From the NCBI RefSeq assembly GCF_001194135.2, contig NC_068995.1, positions 16,036,405 through 16,100,404 on the forward strand: a stretch of 64,000 nucleotides of DNA, written 5' to 3'. Positions within the stretch are counted from its first letter, which is position 1, and the number at the start of each line of letters is the position of its first letter. Below are positions 50,046 through 62,660 of this stretch, one piece after another. The stretch is from Octopus bimaculoides (taxonomy: Eukaryota). The notes beneath the pieces were generated by a model. It was not told where the DNA came from and did no database searches. It saw only the letters and a program-made list of their open reading frames with translations. Position numbers and translations under genes: made by a program.

Positions 50046-50775
50046 TGACGGAGATCCATGCTATAAAGTTATATAACGAATAAAAATATTTGTCACTTAA
50101 TTCAAAACTTTACCACCCGGTAAGATTGAAATTTCTGAAGGTTATGCCGACATTTTCTGTTCAGAGAGTTACACAAATCTGGTGGATAATTAAGTTCCCG
50201 TTGCGCATTGAAAGCAATACAGCGTATTCTGTTGAATGTATTTAATATACTCGAGAGTTGTCGTAACTCGAAAAAGTTTGGACTGAGTTGTGCTGTTTCT
50301 GATTAGTGCCAAGGATGTTTTTATTTTTCCCACGCTGTTAGGTTCGTTGTTAAAATTTCAGTTTAGGTTTTAAGTATTACATTTTAGGAGTGTTAATATA
50401 ATTAAGATTGTATAGAATTGAAACTTTGTCATTTGAGAAGCAGTTCAAAAAAATCTAATGCAACGAAATTTTCAGAGATGTTTGAATTATCAATTGTTCA
50501 TCGAGAGTACTTAGGGAGTAGTTTGCCAAGTTAAATGGCATAAAATTTTCTTAAGTGAAAATGCAAGGGACTGTTTTAAGATACAAACAGTTCGAGAAGT
50601 TGTGAGCTTCCCGGTTAAATGAGATTCAGATCGGGGTCTGATTCACACTTGTTTTCTTTCAGCTCAGTTGTTCAACAATAACTCACATTATTTACATATG
50701 AAGAGAAAAAACATGTTGGTGACAACTTTTTTCTCAAAAAACCTGTCTATTATCGTTTAATGTAAAACTCTTCTC

Positions 50776-51240
50776 GCAAGTAGTGATATGATGAAGTAGT
50801 TGTATGCTGTCAACTTAATGTGACAGTCCCCTGAAAGGAATAAATCTCTCTGAGAGATTTAGAAAGTAATTATTTCTAAATTTGAAATCAGTGAATGTAT
50901 TTCACTAGAATTATTATATGTTTGCAAGAGCTTGACAGGCATCTTCGACTAGCAGGTCATACTACTCCAGACTGATGACGAGCAAAGACTCAGAAACATG
51001 TCTCTGGATGCAGGCTTAGCTGGGTAGAGGTGTTTGTCTCCTCCTTGTAAACATAAGGACACAGGAAATGTGTCAAAGCTGACAGGAATCGGTGCAGCTT
51101 CCTAGGTCTAACCAACAGTAGTATTATTCCCTTCAGGGGACTGTCACATTAAGTTGACAGCATACAACTACTTCATCGTATCGCTACTGCATAAATCTCT
51201 CTGATAGATTTTGAAATGTATTATTTCTAAACTTCAATCG
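50776..51240. repeat. Composite inverted plus direct repeat element enclosing a hammerhead
   Basis: About 67-bp inverted arms at 50776-50843 and 51124-51190; about 50-bp direct repeats at 50840-50889 and 51191-51239. Confidence 0.9.
50966..51008 (+). ncRNA. Minimal type I hammerhead ribozyme motif with GUC site
   Basis: UCCAGA-CUGAUGA-C-GAG(CAAAGA)CUC-A-GAAAC-AU-GUC-UCUGGA: perfect 6-bp stem I, intact core, palindromic ACAUGU stem III. Confidence 0.8.
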
Positions 51241-51480
51241 TTAGTTCAAAGGACCGATGACACAAAACCATTTTCAAATGTTTATCTACCTAAGTAATTG
51301 TATATTTGAGTATATTTAAGCTTATAATCTTATTTCGTTCTATTCTAAACAAAATTGTCAGACGAACGGAAACGTGAAACTCTGAGTAGCAGTTTTTGTG
51401 ATAGTTTTGCTACTTTTTTAATAAAGTATATGTACATATACAAACATACATATATACAGACAGACAGACAGACAGACACA

Positions 51481-51542
<62 letters not shown>

Positions 51543-51777
51543 CTTATATTTGTACACACATATGTATGTATGTATGTATATATATNNNNNNNNNNNNNNN
51601 NNNNNNNNNNNNNNNNNNNNNNNNNNNNNNNNNNNNNNNNNNNNNNNNNNNNNNNNNNNNNNNNNNNNNNNNNNNNNNNNNNNNNNNNNNNNNNNNNNNN
51701 NNNNNNNNNNNNNNNNNNNNNNNNNNNNNNNNNNNNNNNNNNNNNNNNNNNNNNNNNNNNNNNNNNNNNNNNNNNNN

Positions 51778-51826
<49 letters not shown>

Positions 51827-52064
51827 AAGGGAGAGAGAGAGAGAGAGAGAGAGAAAGAGTGAGAGGGAGAGAGATAGAGATAGATAGATAGAGAGAGGGT
51901 CTTGTTTAAATAGACATGACTCCAAGAACAAGAACACATTGCAGCATGATTGCTAACACTAAATCTATGTACTTCTAAGGTACTTTTAGTTTTTATCCAA
52001 GCTACCCACTACTACGTTCTGACAACTCAGATTTTTCTGTTATGAATATCTCTGTCTTTCTGTA

Positions 52065-52238
52065 AGAGACGAGGAATTATGTACATTATTTACATTATTT
52101 ACGTTATTTACATTCGACGGATATGTTCTCATCTTGTTTGTTGTTAACACAACGTTTCGGCTGATATACCCTCCAACCTTCTGCAGGTGTCTTGTGGAAA
52201 TTTCGAACCTGGGTTCTCATTCCTAAGGTATTTTTCGA
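52065..52238 (-). mobile_element. Second copy of the hammerhead-bearing repeat at 31455; core mutated
   Basis: Alignable to 31455-31626; core reads CUGCAGA at 52146-52191. Confidence 0.8.
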
Positions 52239-52259
52239 TCCATTCGATGAGATTCTAGA

Positions 52260-52800
52260 AATCTTCCATGTGTTCTCTAAACAATTGAAAGCTTTGATAG
52301 AATCGTATTATTCAAGATATTGTACCGTGACCTTGAATCCGAAATTATAATTATGCCATTACAATACAAACTTTCTAACGACACAGATAAACCTGGACTC
52401 ATCCTGTACTCAGAATGTGCTCAGGCTTGATATTTTTAATGACAAAAATATTAAAATATAGCCTTCGTATTTTACATGCAACGTGGGTATCTCTAATTTC
52501 TATTCTATCAGTTCTGCTTTACTGCAGAGTGAACAGTTTTCTACACTATTTCTTTCACCCCACATTCACATTCTATTATCCTATTCAACCATTTCAACTC
52601 ACCCCCTACTGATCAACGTCGGAGTCATTGACACTTCATTCACGTCATTCCAGGCGTCATGAAACCTAAGAGCAAAATCACGAAAATATCTTTGATTCAA
52701 CATGCAAGGACATCGTCCCAATTGATATTACCACTATATAATATTTACACATACCATCATTAATCACAATACTGCGATACTATTATGTATTGAAATAAAG
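52260..52800 (+). mobile_element. Very decayed LINE RT remnant
   Basis: KAFDRI-like (one base lost), NFLTTQ and VGVIDTSFT in collinear order. Confidence 0.3.
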
Positions 52801-53567
52801 AAAGTTAAGTCTGATACACTCTAAAATGCAAGTTCGTGCAATCACTTCGATAACATAGACAAGACCTATCCAAAAAACTGGGTATTATTAAACTGCTCAC
52901 ATGTCAGGCACGAGAGATCTTGTATGTGGTCTTTCGACTTGGTAGATATAGCAGCCAAACTCTCATCAGATCACAACCTACGTCTTAGAATGATGGGTTC
53001 GTTGGACAATATAGTTCTTGATACATAAACAGACGGAATTTGCATGGATGGAAACGCTTTGATCATACTTCTGGGTCGGTCTGGGGTTTAAACAACTAAA
53101 ACAGCAATAACAGTAACGAGAGAAACAACAACAATTGTACCACATGGAGCGAACGGGGAAGACTCATGAAGTTCTTAGAATAACAGCCAAAATTGCATCA
53201 TGTCTTATTTTAGAATCAATCACTCTCTTTGGACAATATAATCCCTAATGTATAAATAAACGGGATTGTTACGCCTGACGCACCTCTGATAATTAGGTCA
53301 GTTGGTTTAATTGAGTTGGGAGTGGAGTAATAAAATCAGGTGGACCGCACCCCTTAAAATGACAGAAGTATGACAAACCTTCCATGATCCGATCGTAAGG
53401 TTACACCCATTTGATCAGCAATGTACTTCCTGTTTCTTCCAGCTGCTTTAAATGTATTTCTTTCTCACCCAGATTCATACGATTCACTCATCCTTCCTTT
53501 TGTCGTTTCTCATATTGTGTCTCATCAGCAGATACGATACCGAATGAATTTTAGTCCCTGCTTTATT

Positions 53568-53610
53568 ATTAGGTTGTCAAGAAAGTTCTTGCGGATTTTT
53601 TTTATTTTGG
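53568..53610 (+). mobile_element. Isolated mariner-type terminal inverted repeat
   Basis: TATTAGGTTGTCAAGAAAGTTCTTGCGGATTTT, similar to the end at 11050-11083. Confidence 0.55.
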
Positions 53611-53749
53611 TTTTAAATGATGTATTTTCAAATTAATTCTCGTTAAATTACTTTGACTAATTTTCCCTCAAATTACACTCTGCTATCTTGAAAGACAGAT
53701 ACCAGCAGGTAATATAGTCGATATATGCGATATCCGAAAATAAAAATTG

Positions 53750-54065
53750 GTACTCCGTCGGTTATGATGATGATGGTTCCAGTTGATCTGCTCAACGGAA
53801 CAGCTTGCTCCTGAAATTAACTTGCAAGCGGCTGAGCGCTCAACAAACACGCGTATCCTTCACGTAGGTCTCAGCGAGATTCAGCGTGACACAGAAAATG
53901 ACAAAGGTGGCTCTTGGCATTAAAAGTATAACTCATTTTTGCCTGCTAAGTGGACTGGAGCAGCGTGAAATTATGTGTCCTGCTCAAGGACCTACACGCT
54001 GCCGGGAAGGGAACTGATGACATTACGATTGTGAGCGAAATACGTTAACCACAAAATCACGTACC
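53750..54065 (-). mobile_element. Diverged SINE family C relative
   Basis: ttggtactccgtcggttatg..gttccagttgatc matches the SINE C 3' part. Confidence 0.75.
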
Positions 54066-54478
54066 TTTATAATTCCCGAAAAAAAAAAAAAAAATGAAGG
54101 TTGTTTGGAACCTCTTTGTTTATAGGTATATTCAATTGGAGATAAACAACAACAAAAACATTAGTGCGGCAGGCATCAGACTGGCAATCCCAACAGACGA
54201 TGTGGATTTCGCCTGCATACTTTCTTATTTCTCTCCACATTTATTGCCTTTAACAGAATAAATTGTTTCTCTGTCATATGAGACAGGTTCAAATAAATTA
54301 AAGTATTTTACTGGATGCACGCTCACAAATACTATCCCATCTTGCTTTAGTGCTACTCTTCTGTCACCATTGAAAAAATACATAGTGATATGTTAATCTC
54401 TGTAGAACCTACCTACCGACCTACCTAACTACCTAACTACCTATCTATCTATCTATCTATCTATCGATCGATCGATCG

Positions 54479-54530
<52 letters not shown>

Positions 54531-55545
54531 CGTTTCTACACTTCATCTTCAAGACCTAGACTGTCCAGATACAAATTTATTGTATTCATTTATCAAAATT
54601 TGCTGCAATTTTCCGTGAATTGCAAGTATGAACATTCCCTGACAACCAAATTCAAACTCTCATCAAGATTCTGTTGCATAAACATCTCCAATTCCATGCT
54701 TTGTCTCATCCGGATTGCACTGTATATTAATCAACTTATTCTATATCACTTTGAAATCTCAATGTCAGTAAGCATTATAGTTTAGAAATGTATGTATAAA
54801 AAAAATTCATATTGGCGAGATAGATTTCTTTTAAGAATAGAACATGGGGCATCTATGTGGTTCACTTGTATTTTAGAAACAGTAAACAATTCTTCCTTAG
54901 ACTTTTCACTACCGTCCTGGAAAATGTCTTTCTAGTATAATTTACTCTCCGATAAATAATGCCTGAAAGAAAAGAAATCGATATGGCATTTTCTAGAATG
55001 ATTTTGTTCATACATTCACTCAGTCAGGTTGACGGCAAACCAAAATAGAACAACAGTATCAACAACAACAACAACAACAGTAGCAACAGCAACAGCAGCA
55101 GCAACAGCAAAAACCCATGACTGTCACCTTATCAACAACATGAAGAGCATCCAAGTACTAATTTTTACCACACTAATCCTCCTCCTGAAAGATCACGAGG
55201 TAGCTAAAGTAACCATGGCGTCCCTCGCCCACTATGTCCCCAGAAGTTAACTAGTATGTAGTGACTTGATCTGCAAAAAAAAAAAAAGAAAAGAAAAAAA
55301 GAAAACTGCAGTCAGTTCTCCTCTAATCTTACCCTATCATCTAAAGCATCGAATGGACACCTCCGATAATTAGTGTGAGATACGTTGGTTGAACAAAATA
55401 TGAATACATTTGACAATAAGCCAATTCAATAAAAATTCACCTGAAGAGAAAGGAATCAGCATCAGCACCAAAATTCGCTAAGATATTTAACTAGTGGTGG
55501 TCACTAAGTATCTGTAGCCAATTGCCTAGGTGTCTAACCAGAAAT

Positions 55546-55590
<45 letters not shown>

Positions 55591-56486
55591 NNNNNNNNNN
55601 NNNNNNNNNNNNNNNNNNNNNNNNNNNNNNNNNNNNNNNNNNNNNNNNNNNNNNNNNNNNNNNNNNNNNNNNNNNNNNNNNNNNNNNNNNNNNNNNNNNN
55701 NNNNNNNNNNNNNNNNNNNNNNNNNNNNNNNNNNNNNNNNNNNNNNNNNNNNNNNNNNNNNNNNNNNNNNNNNNNNNNNNNNNNNNNNNNNNNNNNNNNN
55801 NNNNNNNNNNNNNNNNNNNNNNNNNNNNNNNNNNNNNNNNNNNNNNNNNNNNNNNNNNNNNNNNNNNNNNNNNNNNNNNNNNNNNNNNNNNNNNNNNNNN
55901 NNNNNNNNNNNNNNNNNNNNNNNNNNNNNNNNNNNNNNNNNNNNNNNNNNNNNNNNNNNNNNNNNNNNNNNNNNNNNNNNNNNNNNNNNNNNNNNNNNNN
56001 NNNNNNNNNNNNNNNNNNNNNNNNNNNNNNNNNNNNNAAAAAAAATTATTTGTGCAAGTCGTTCGGAAAAAAAGCAAAACATCGTCTTGGATGGGTGATC
56101 CCGTTGTCTGTCTGTTTGTCTGCCTGTTTGTAACTCTGCCTCTCTGTATGTATGTGTAGCAGTATTGATCAAATACTATTATATACAGCTGGTGAAATTG
56201 CGCTTCTCATTGTTTTACCTTTCAAACGATGTGACCCTGAAGGTCAGGTGGTTAAGACAACGTTCCCCTTGAAGAGCTTACCAGTCCGTCGTAGGGCTTT
56301 CCAGGTACAGCTAAGTGGTTTGGAGCAATGTTAAATGAAGCGCTTTGCTCAAAACACAACGAACAATCTTCTGGCATTCGAAATCACTATTTCGTGATCG
56401 CGATTGGAACCTCTTAACCACTAGGTCGCACGCCTTCGCATATATAATATATACTATATGCATACATATGCATATACATGCATACT

Positions 56487-56554
<68 letters not shown>

Positions 56555-56849
56555 TATTTACATCTGTAGTCTGGAGAGATTTCCTGTGTAGATAACCGAT
56601 ATCTAAAATGGAACGCTGTTCACATTTGATACGTTCTTGGTTATGCTGGTCATGTTTATCAAGATTAAAGACGAACATGTAACGTCAAAACACATTCGAT
56701 ATTTATACCATCAGAGGAGATATCATGGTCTGTACCACATAATATATACTAGCGCATGTCTAGGCGAATTGAAGCACAAGTATAATATATTGACATTTGT
56801 ACAGTGTTCACAAGTCGTCTTTGTACGCCCATATATTATTGATATTGAT

Positions 56850-57710
56850 GTCAAATTTTGACAGAAGGTCAGAAATGTCGGGGGAAGCGTCAGTCGATTA
56901 CATCGGCTCTGTGCTCCACTTGTGCCTATTTTATCTACACAGAAAGGATGTAAGGTAAAATTTAAATCGATGGACGAAATTCAGCTAAGTATTTTGTCCG
57001 GCGTGATAACGATTATAACAGAACGCCGTCTTTCCAACGATACTGGTTTCAAATTTTGGCACAAGACCAGCAAATTCGGGGGAGGGAGTAAGTCTATTAC
57101 ATCGACTCAGTGCTCAACTGGCACTTATTTTATCGACCCAGGCAAATTTAAGTGGAAATAGACAGAATTTGAACTAAAGATGTACAGACGGGTGAAATGC
57201 CGCTAAGCGTTTTGTCCAGCGTGCTACCATTTCTTACAACACGCATCGTTTCCTACAGTATTGGTTTCAAATATTAGTATAAGTTCAGCAATTTCGGGAA
57301 AGAAGTTAAATCAATTACATCGACTCATGTCATCAGCTGGTAGTTATTTAATCGACTTTTAATGGATGAAATGCAAAAGTCGATCTCGGCGGAATTTGAA
57401 CTCAGAAAGTAGACAGATGAAATGCCGCTAAGCATTTTATCTGCTGTGCTAACGATTCTGTCAGCTCGCCGCCAGCACATAATGGTCTCATATTTTGGCA
57501 CAAGGCCAGCAATTTCGGAGGTAGAGGTAAGTCGATCACATTGACCCATGTACTCAGCTAGTACTTATTTTATCGACTTCTAAAGGATGCAAGGCAAAAT
57601 CGACCTGAGCGGAATTTTAACTCAGAACATACAGACGGACGAAATGCAGTTAAGCATTTTTGTCCGGCGTACTAACGATTCTGACAGCACGTCGTCTTCA
57701 CTACAGTTTT
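56850..57710 (-). mobile_element. Tandem array of four SINE family B copies
   Basis: Units at about 56850-57030, 57043-57245, 57260-57475 and 57485-57700. Confidence 0.9.
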
Positions 57711-58196
57711 GATATTATTACTTCGTTAAAGAACATCCGGCAGGTATCGATCTACCAACAGAGCAAACTCCTGACAATTTATCGTTATATCGGACTTAGT
57801 TGTTGCATATGTTTACACAAGTATGCAGCAACACTGTAAAACGAATCAAGAAGGTTCTAGCATGAAAGAGTGTGTTAATATAAAAGTAAGTTGTTGATAG
57901 ATTTGTTTTCAAAAATAGACGACTTTATGGAGAAGTTATTTCCTGAAAGAAGAACAGAAATCCTTCACAAAAAATTATTTTACGATAACATTATTAAGCA
58001 TACATAGCACTAGTAATAGTTGAACACATCAGCTAAACGTGTAGCAATAAATTTCAGCCGCTATAGCAATGTTATAATGTTGCTACGTAAAGAATACAGA
58101 AGTTACTTTATGTGACAGAAAAGAAAATTAAAGTAAAAAATGCAATTTTATAAACTGTCTCAAATGAAGTCTATTCAAACCACACAACACGGAGTA

Positions 58197-58237
<41 letters not shown>

Positions 58238-58634
58238 NNNNNNNNNNNNNNNNNNNNNNNNNNNNNNNNNNNNNNNNNNNNNNNNNNNNNNNNNNNNNNN
58301 NNNNNNNNNNNNNNNNNNNNNNNNNNNNNNNNNNNNNNNNNNNNNNNNNNNNNNNNNNNNNNNNNNNNNNNNNNNNNNNNNNNNNNNNNNNNNNNNNNNN
58401 NNNNNNNNNNNNNNNNNNNNNNNNNNNNNNNNNNNNNNNNNNNNNNNNNNNNNNNNNNNNNNNNNNNNNNNNNNNNNNNNNNNNNNNNNNNNNNNNNNNN
58501 NNNNNNNNNNNNNNNNNNNNNNNNNNNNNNNNNNNNNNNNNNNNNNNNNNNNNNNNNNNNNNNNNNNNNNNNNNNNNNNNNNNNNNNNNNNNNNNNNNNN
58601 NNNNNNNNNNNNNNNNNNNNNNNNNNNNNNNNNN

Positions 58635-58683
<49 letters not shown>

Positions 58684-58913
58684 ATGTATACGATTCAAAT
58701 TTCTTCGTCTAGTTCGATAAATACTTCCCTGTAAATCATAAAAATGATAATTATTGTTTAGAAATGCTCCAAAAGTATGCTTCGGTTGCATGTCAGCCCA
58801 TTTTTATGATGATATCCAAACTAAGTGCTAATCATTTGAAGAAATGTGAATGATAATACGGATTCGGATATAAAGCTTGCAATAAAAGGCTGGAAATCTA
58901 AAAGAAATAAATT

Positions 58914-58949
<36 letters not shown>

Positions 58950-59159
58950 GTCCATTATTATGATATAGGTAAAAACAATAACTTAGTTAAGAAATTAGGA
59001 ATTCCGTTTCGGAAGCACATGCTCAATCTCACTACGCTTTGGTAACTGTCAGGTCTTCTGCAATGATTATAGATGCACGAACTATTTCAACTAAATTCAT
59101 TATATGGAATCTGTGGAAAAGACCATAAGATGCATATATGCGCGCGTGCAGACACGCAC

Positions 59160-59293
59160 AAGCTAACTGAGTGGACTGAAGCAACGCGAAATCAAGCGTT
59201 CTGTTCTAGAACACAGCGCGTCACCCGGTCTTGGAATTGAAACCACAGTCTTACGATCGTGAGTCCAACGCCCTAACCACTAAGCCACACACC
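59160..59293 (-). mobile_element. tRNA-headed SINE fragment (relatives at about 42400-42625 and 56280-56433)
   Basis: Minus strand TGGCTTAGTGG..GGTTTCAATTCC promoter boxes. Confidence 0.65.
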
Positions 59294-59649
59294 TCTACCG
59301 ATGATATATTTATGCATATATTTATTTATATATGCGAGTGTTTGCAGGTGTGTACGTCAGTATGGCATGCGCCTGTACCATTGCGTCAAACAATATTTCC
59401 TAGTGAAACATTTCCGCTCATCCGGTAGATATTTGCATTTCGTTTTCTTCAGAGATCGATAAAGTTACACCAGATACCAGACAAAATATTGGGCTCGATA
59501 CAACCGAGTAAAATCAATGTAGTCACTTCCCTAATAATGCTACAACGTAATAAATGAAGATAATCTTACCAAAAAACGTAAGAATATAAAAGACAACAAA
59601 CTTAGTCAACCGCAAAATATTTCCGAATCGTTCTTCTTTTATTCTTTCA

Positions 59650-59830
59650 TTCTTTTACTTGTTTCAGTCATTTGACAGTGTCCATGCTGGATCATCGCCT
59701 CTAGTCGAGGAAATCGACCCCAGGATTCATTCTTTTACCGAACCGCTAAGTTACGGGGATGTAAACACACCAGCATCGTTTGTCAAGCGATGTTGGTGGG
59801 GGGACAAACACAGACACACAAACATATACA
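59650..59830 (-). mobile_element. SINE family A, 3' half
   Basis: Reverse-complement match to 49540-49741. Confidence 0.85.
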
Positions 59831-59867
59831 TACATACGTACATACACAAATACAAAGTCCACTCCGC

Positions 59868-60075
59868 CTGACTTTCAACTCTGAACGTAAAGACAGACGA
59901 AATGCCGATAAGTGAGGTAACGATTCTGCCCGGCAAGGTAACGATTCTGCCCGGCAAGGTAACGATTCTATCAGATCATCACCTTATTTATATATAAAAT
60001 AATGATTTCAAATTTTGGCACAAAACCAAAAATTTCGAGGGAAGCTGTAAGTCGACTATACCGAGTCCAGTGCTC
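59868..60075 (-). mobile_element. Two abutting SINE B fragments with an internal 21-bp tandem repeat
   Basis: aggtaacgattctgcccggca x2.6 at 59915-59969. Confidence 0.8.
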
Positions 60076-60752
60076 AAATAAAGCACTATCATTATAACTG
60101 TCAAGTTATAATAAAACCAATTTAACACTAAAGAGAATAATTACCCAATACTTTTGTGCAGAATACATGCTTCTTCTACTTTAATAAGAAAAGGGTTTAA
60201 CAGTGACTTCAAAGTTGCGAGCTGCTAGCCTTCATCGGTAGTCTCAGGAAATTTATCAGGGCGAATCTGTGAAATCAGAGTCACACTCTTTTCTCGAAGA
60301 GCATGTATAGAATATCAGAAGAATGAGCAAATGAAAACAAGAAAATATTAAAGAGCAGTTTCGAATAATTTCGCATTCCACTATTTGTAGATCAAACTGC
60401 ACAACACTTGTTGAGGGTTTGTTCAGAATATAGTGAATGGAAACACAAATTATGATTGATTGTGACCAATTACTATGTATGTATATATGTATATATGTAT
60501 GTATATATGTATGTATGCATGTATGTATGTATCTATCTTATAACATACATACATATATATATACACACGCATACGCATACGTACATATACGTATATATGT
60601 AGTATGTATGTATATGTGCATAGAGGTGTATGAACAACAAATAAGTGTATTAGTTTGACGCTCGGGAAAAATGAAAAGGTCTTTTACGTTCGGAGACAAT
60701 GAAAAAAAGTCTTGTAGATCTCAGCAGACCAGCATATATACACACACACACA

Positions 60753-60837
<85 letters not shown>

Positions 60838-61416
60838 NNNNNNNNNNNNNNNNNNNNNNNNNNNNNNNNNNNNNNNNNNNNNNNNNNNNNNNNNNNNNNN
60901 NNNNNNNNNNNNNNNNNNNNNNNNNNNNNNNNNNNNNNNNNNNNNNNNNNNNNNNNNNNNNNNNNNNNNNNNNNNNNNNNNNNNNNNNNNNNNNNNNNNN
61001 NNNNNNNNNNNNNNNNNNNNNNNNNNNNNNNNNNNNNNNNNNNNNNNNNNNNNNNNNNNNNNNNNNNNNNNNNNNNNNNNNNNNNNNNNNNNNNNNNNNN
61101 NNNNNNNNNNNNNNNNNNNNNNNNNNNNNNNNNNNNNNNNNNNNNNNNNNNNNNNNNNNNNNNNNNNNNNNNNNNNNNNNNNNNNNNNNNNNNNNNNNNN
61201 NNNNNNNNNNNNNNNNNNNNNNNNNNNNNNNNNNNNNNNNNNNNNNNNNNNNNNNNNNNNNNNNNNNNNNNNNNNNNNNNNNNNNNNNNNNNNNNNNNNN
61301 NNNNNNNNNNNNNNNNNNNNNNNNNNNNNNNNNNNNNNNNNNNNNNNNNNNNNNNNNNNNNNNNNNNNNNNNNNNNNNNNNNNNNNNNNNNNNNNNNNNN
61401 NNNNNNNNNNNNNNNN

Positions 61417-61509
<93 letters not shown>

Positions 61510-61775
61510 ATATTTGTGCGTGTCTGTCTATGTGTATGTGTGCATATTCTATTAGTTAATTAATGAAGTTAGTAAGACAGGAAAACCATCGCTTACATTT
61601 TAATTAATGGAACATGACGTAAATCTGGTAAATATTTGAAATATTAATTCCATGGGCAACATATCTGCCACTTCATATATACACATATGCATACATATAT
61701 ACATGTATATATGTGTGTGTGTGTGTGTGTCTGTGTTTGTAGTACATATATATGCATATGTGTGCATGTATATAT

Positions 61776-61822
<47 letters not shown>

Positions 61823-62014
61823 NNNNNNNNNNNNNNNNNNNNNNNNNNNNNNNNNNNNNNNNNNNNNNNNNNNNNNNNNNNNNNNNNNNNNNNNNNNNNN
61901 NNNNNNNNNNNNNNNNNNNNNNNNNNNNNNNNNNNNNNNNNNNNNNNNNNNNNNNNNNNNNNNNNNNNNNNNNNNNNNNNNNNNNNNNNNNNNNNNNNNN
62001 NNNNNNNNNNNNNN

Positions 62015-62059
<45 letters not shown>

Positions 62060-62469
62060 CTGTGTGTGTGTGTGTGCATATCTATGCTTGAAAATACGGT
62101 AATATGCATGAATATGTTAGGTTGTTGGAAAGAAGGTCATATCGCATTTCAAGATGGGAAAGAGACAAACGCTTCCTTGGTTTTAATTAGTTATATCTAA
62201 TCAAGATAACATTTCACCTCATTATTGTTAACATATTCCCATGCATTTGGTAAATTGTTGGTTCATCAAGCGTAAAATTTTTCACATTTCGATGGGAAGA
62301 AACACTCAATGTAATTTTTAATATCATCAAAATTCATAAATTATTTTCCCTCCAGATAAAGTTGCAATGATTTGAAAAGATGATTGTTGGAGCTAGGTTA
62401 TGAAAGTCAGGAAGAAGAGGCAAAACCTCCATATTTAGTGTCATAATCTTTTCTGTCGTCTTGCTTTAT

Positions 62470-62660
62470 TTGAGCTGGAACAATCGTTAGCACGCCGGGC
62501 AGAATGCTTAGCGTTATTTCATCCGTCTTAACGTTCTGAGTTCAAATTCCATCAAGGTCGACTTTGGCTTTCATCCCTCAGGGGCCGATAAACAAGTACT
62601 TGTTGAACAATGGGTTCTACATAATCGACTAGAATCCTTCCAATTTCCTTGTGCCTGTAG
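62470..62660 (+). mobile_element. SINE family B copy
   Basis: cgttagcacgccgggc..gagttcaaattcc..gtcgactttggctttcatcc. Confidence 0.8.

Larger units (their letters stand above)
4208..62014. other. 13 assembly gaps (N runs), 11 touching a short tandem repeat on at least one side
   Basis: Gap starts at 4208, 19077, 22638, 27639, 36844, 39108, 43302, 44358, 51586, 55591, 58238, 60838 and 61823. Confidence 0.95.

Noticed and set aside
51355-51385. cagacga-acg-gaaacgtg hammerhead-like string
   Set aside because: U4 altered, no stem I or II pairing, and G at the cleavage position
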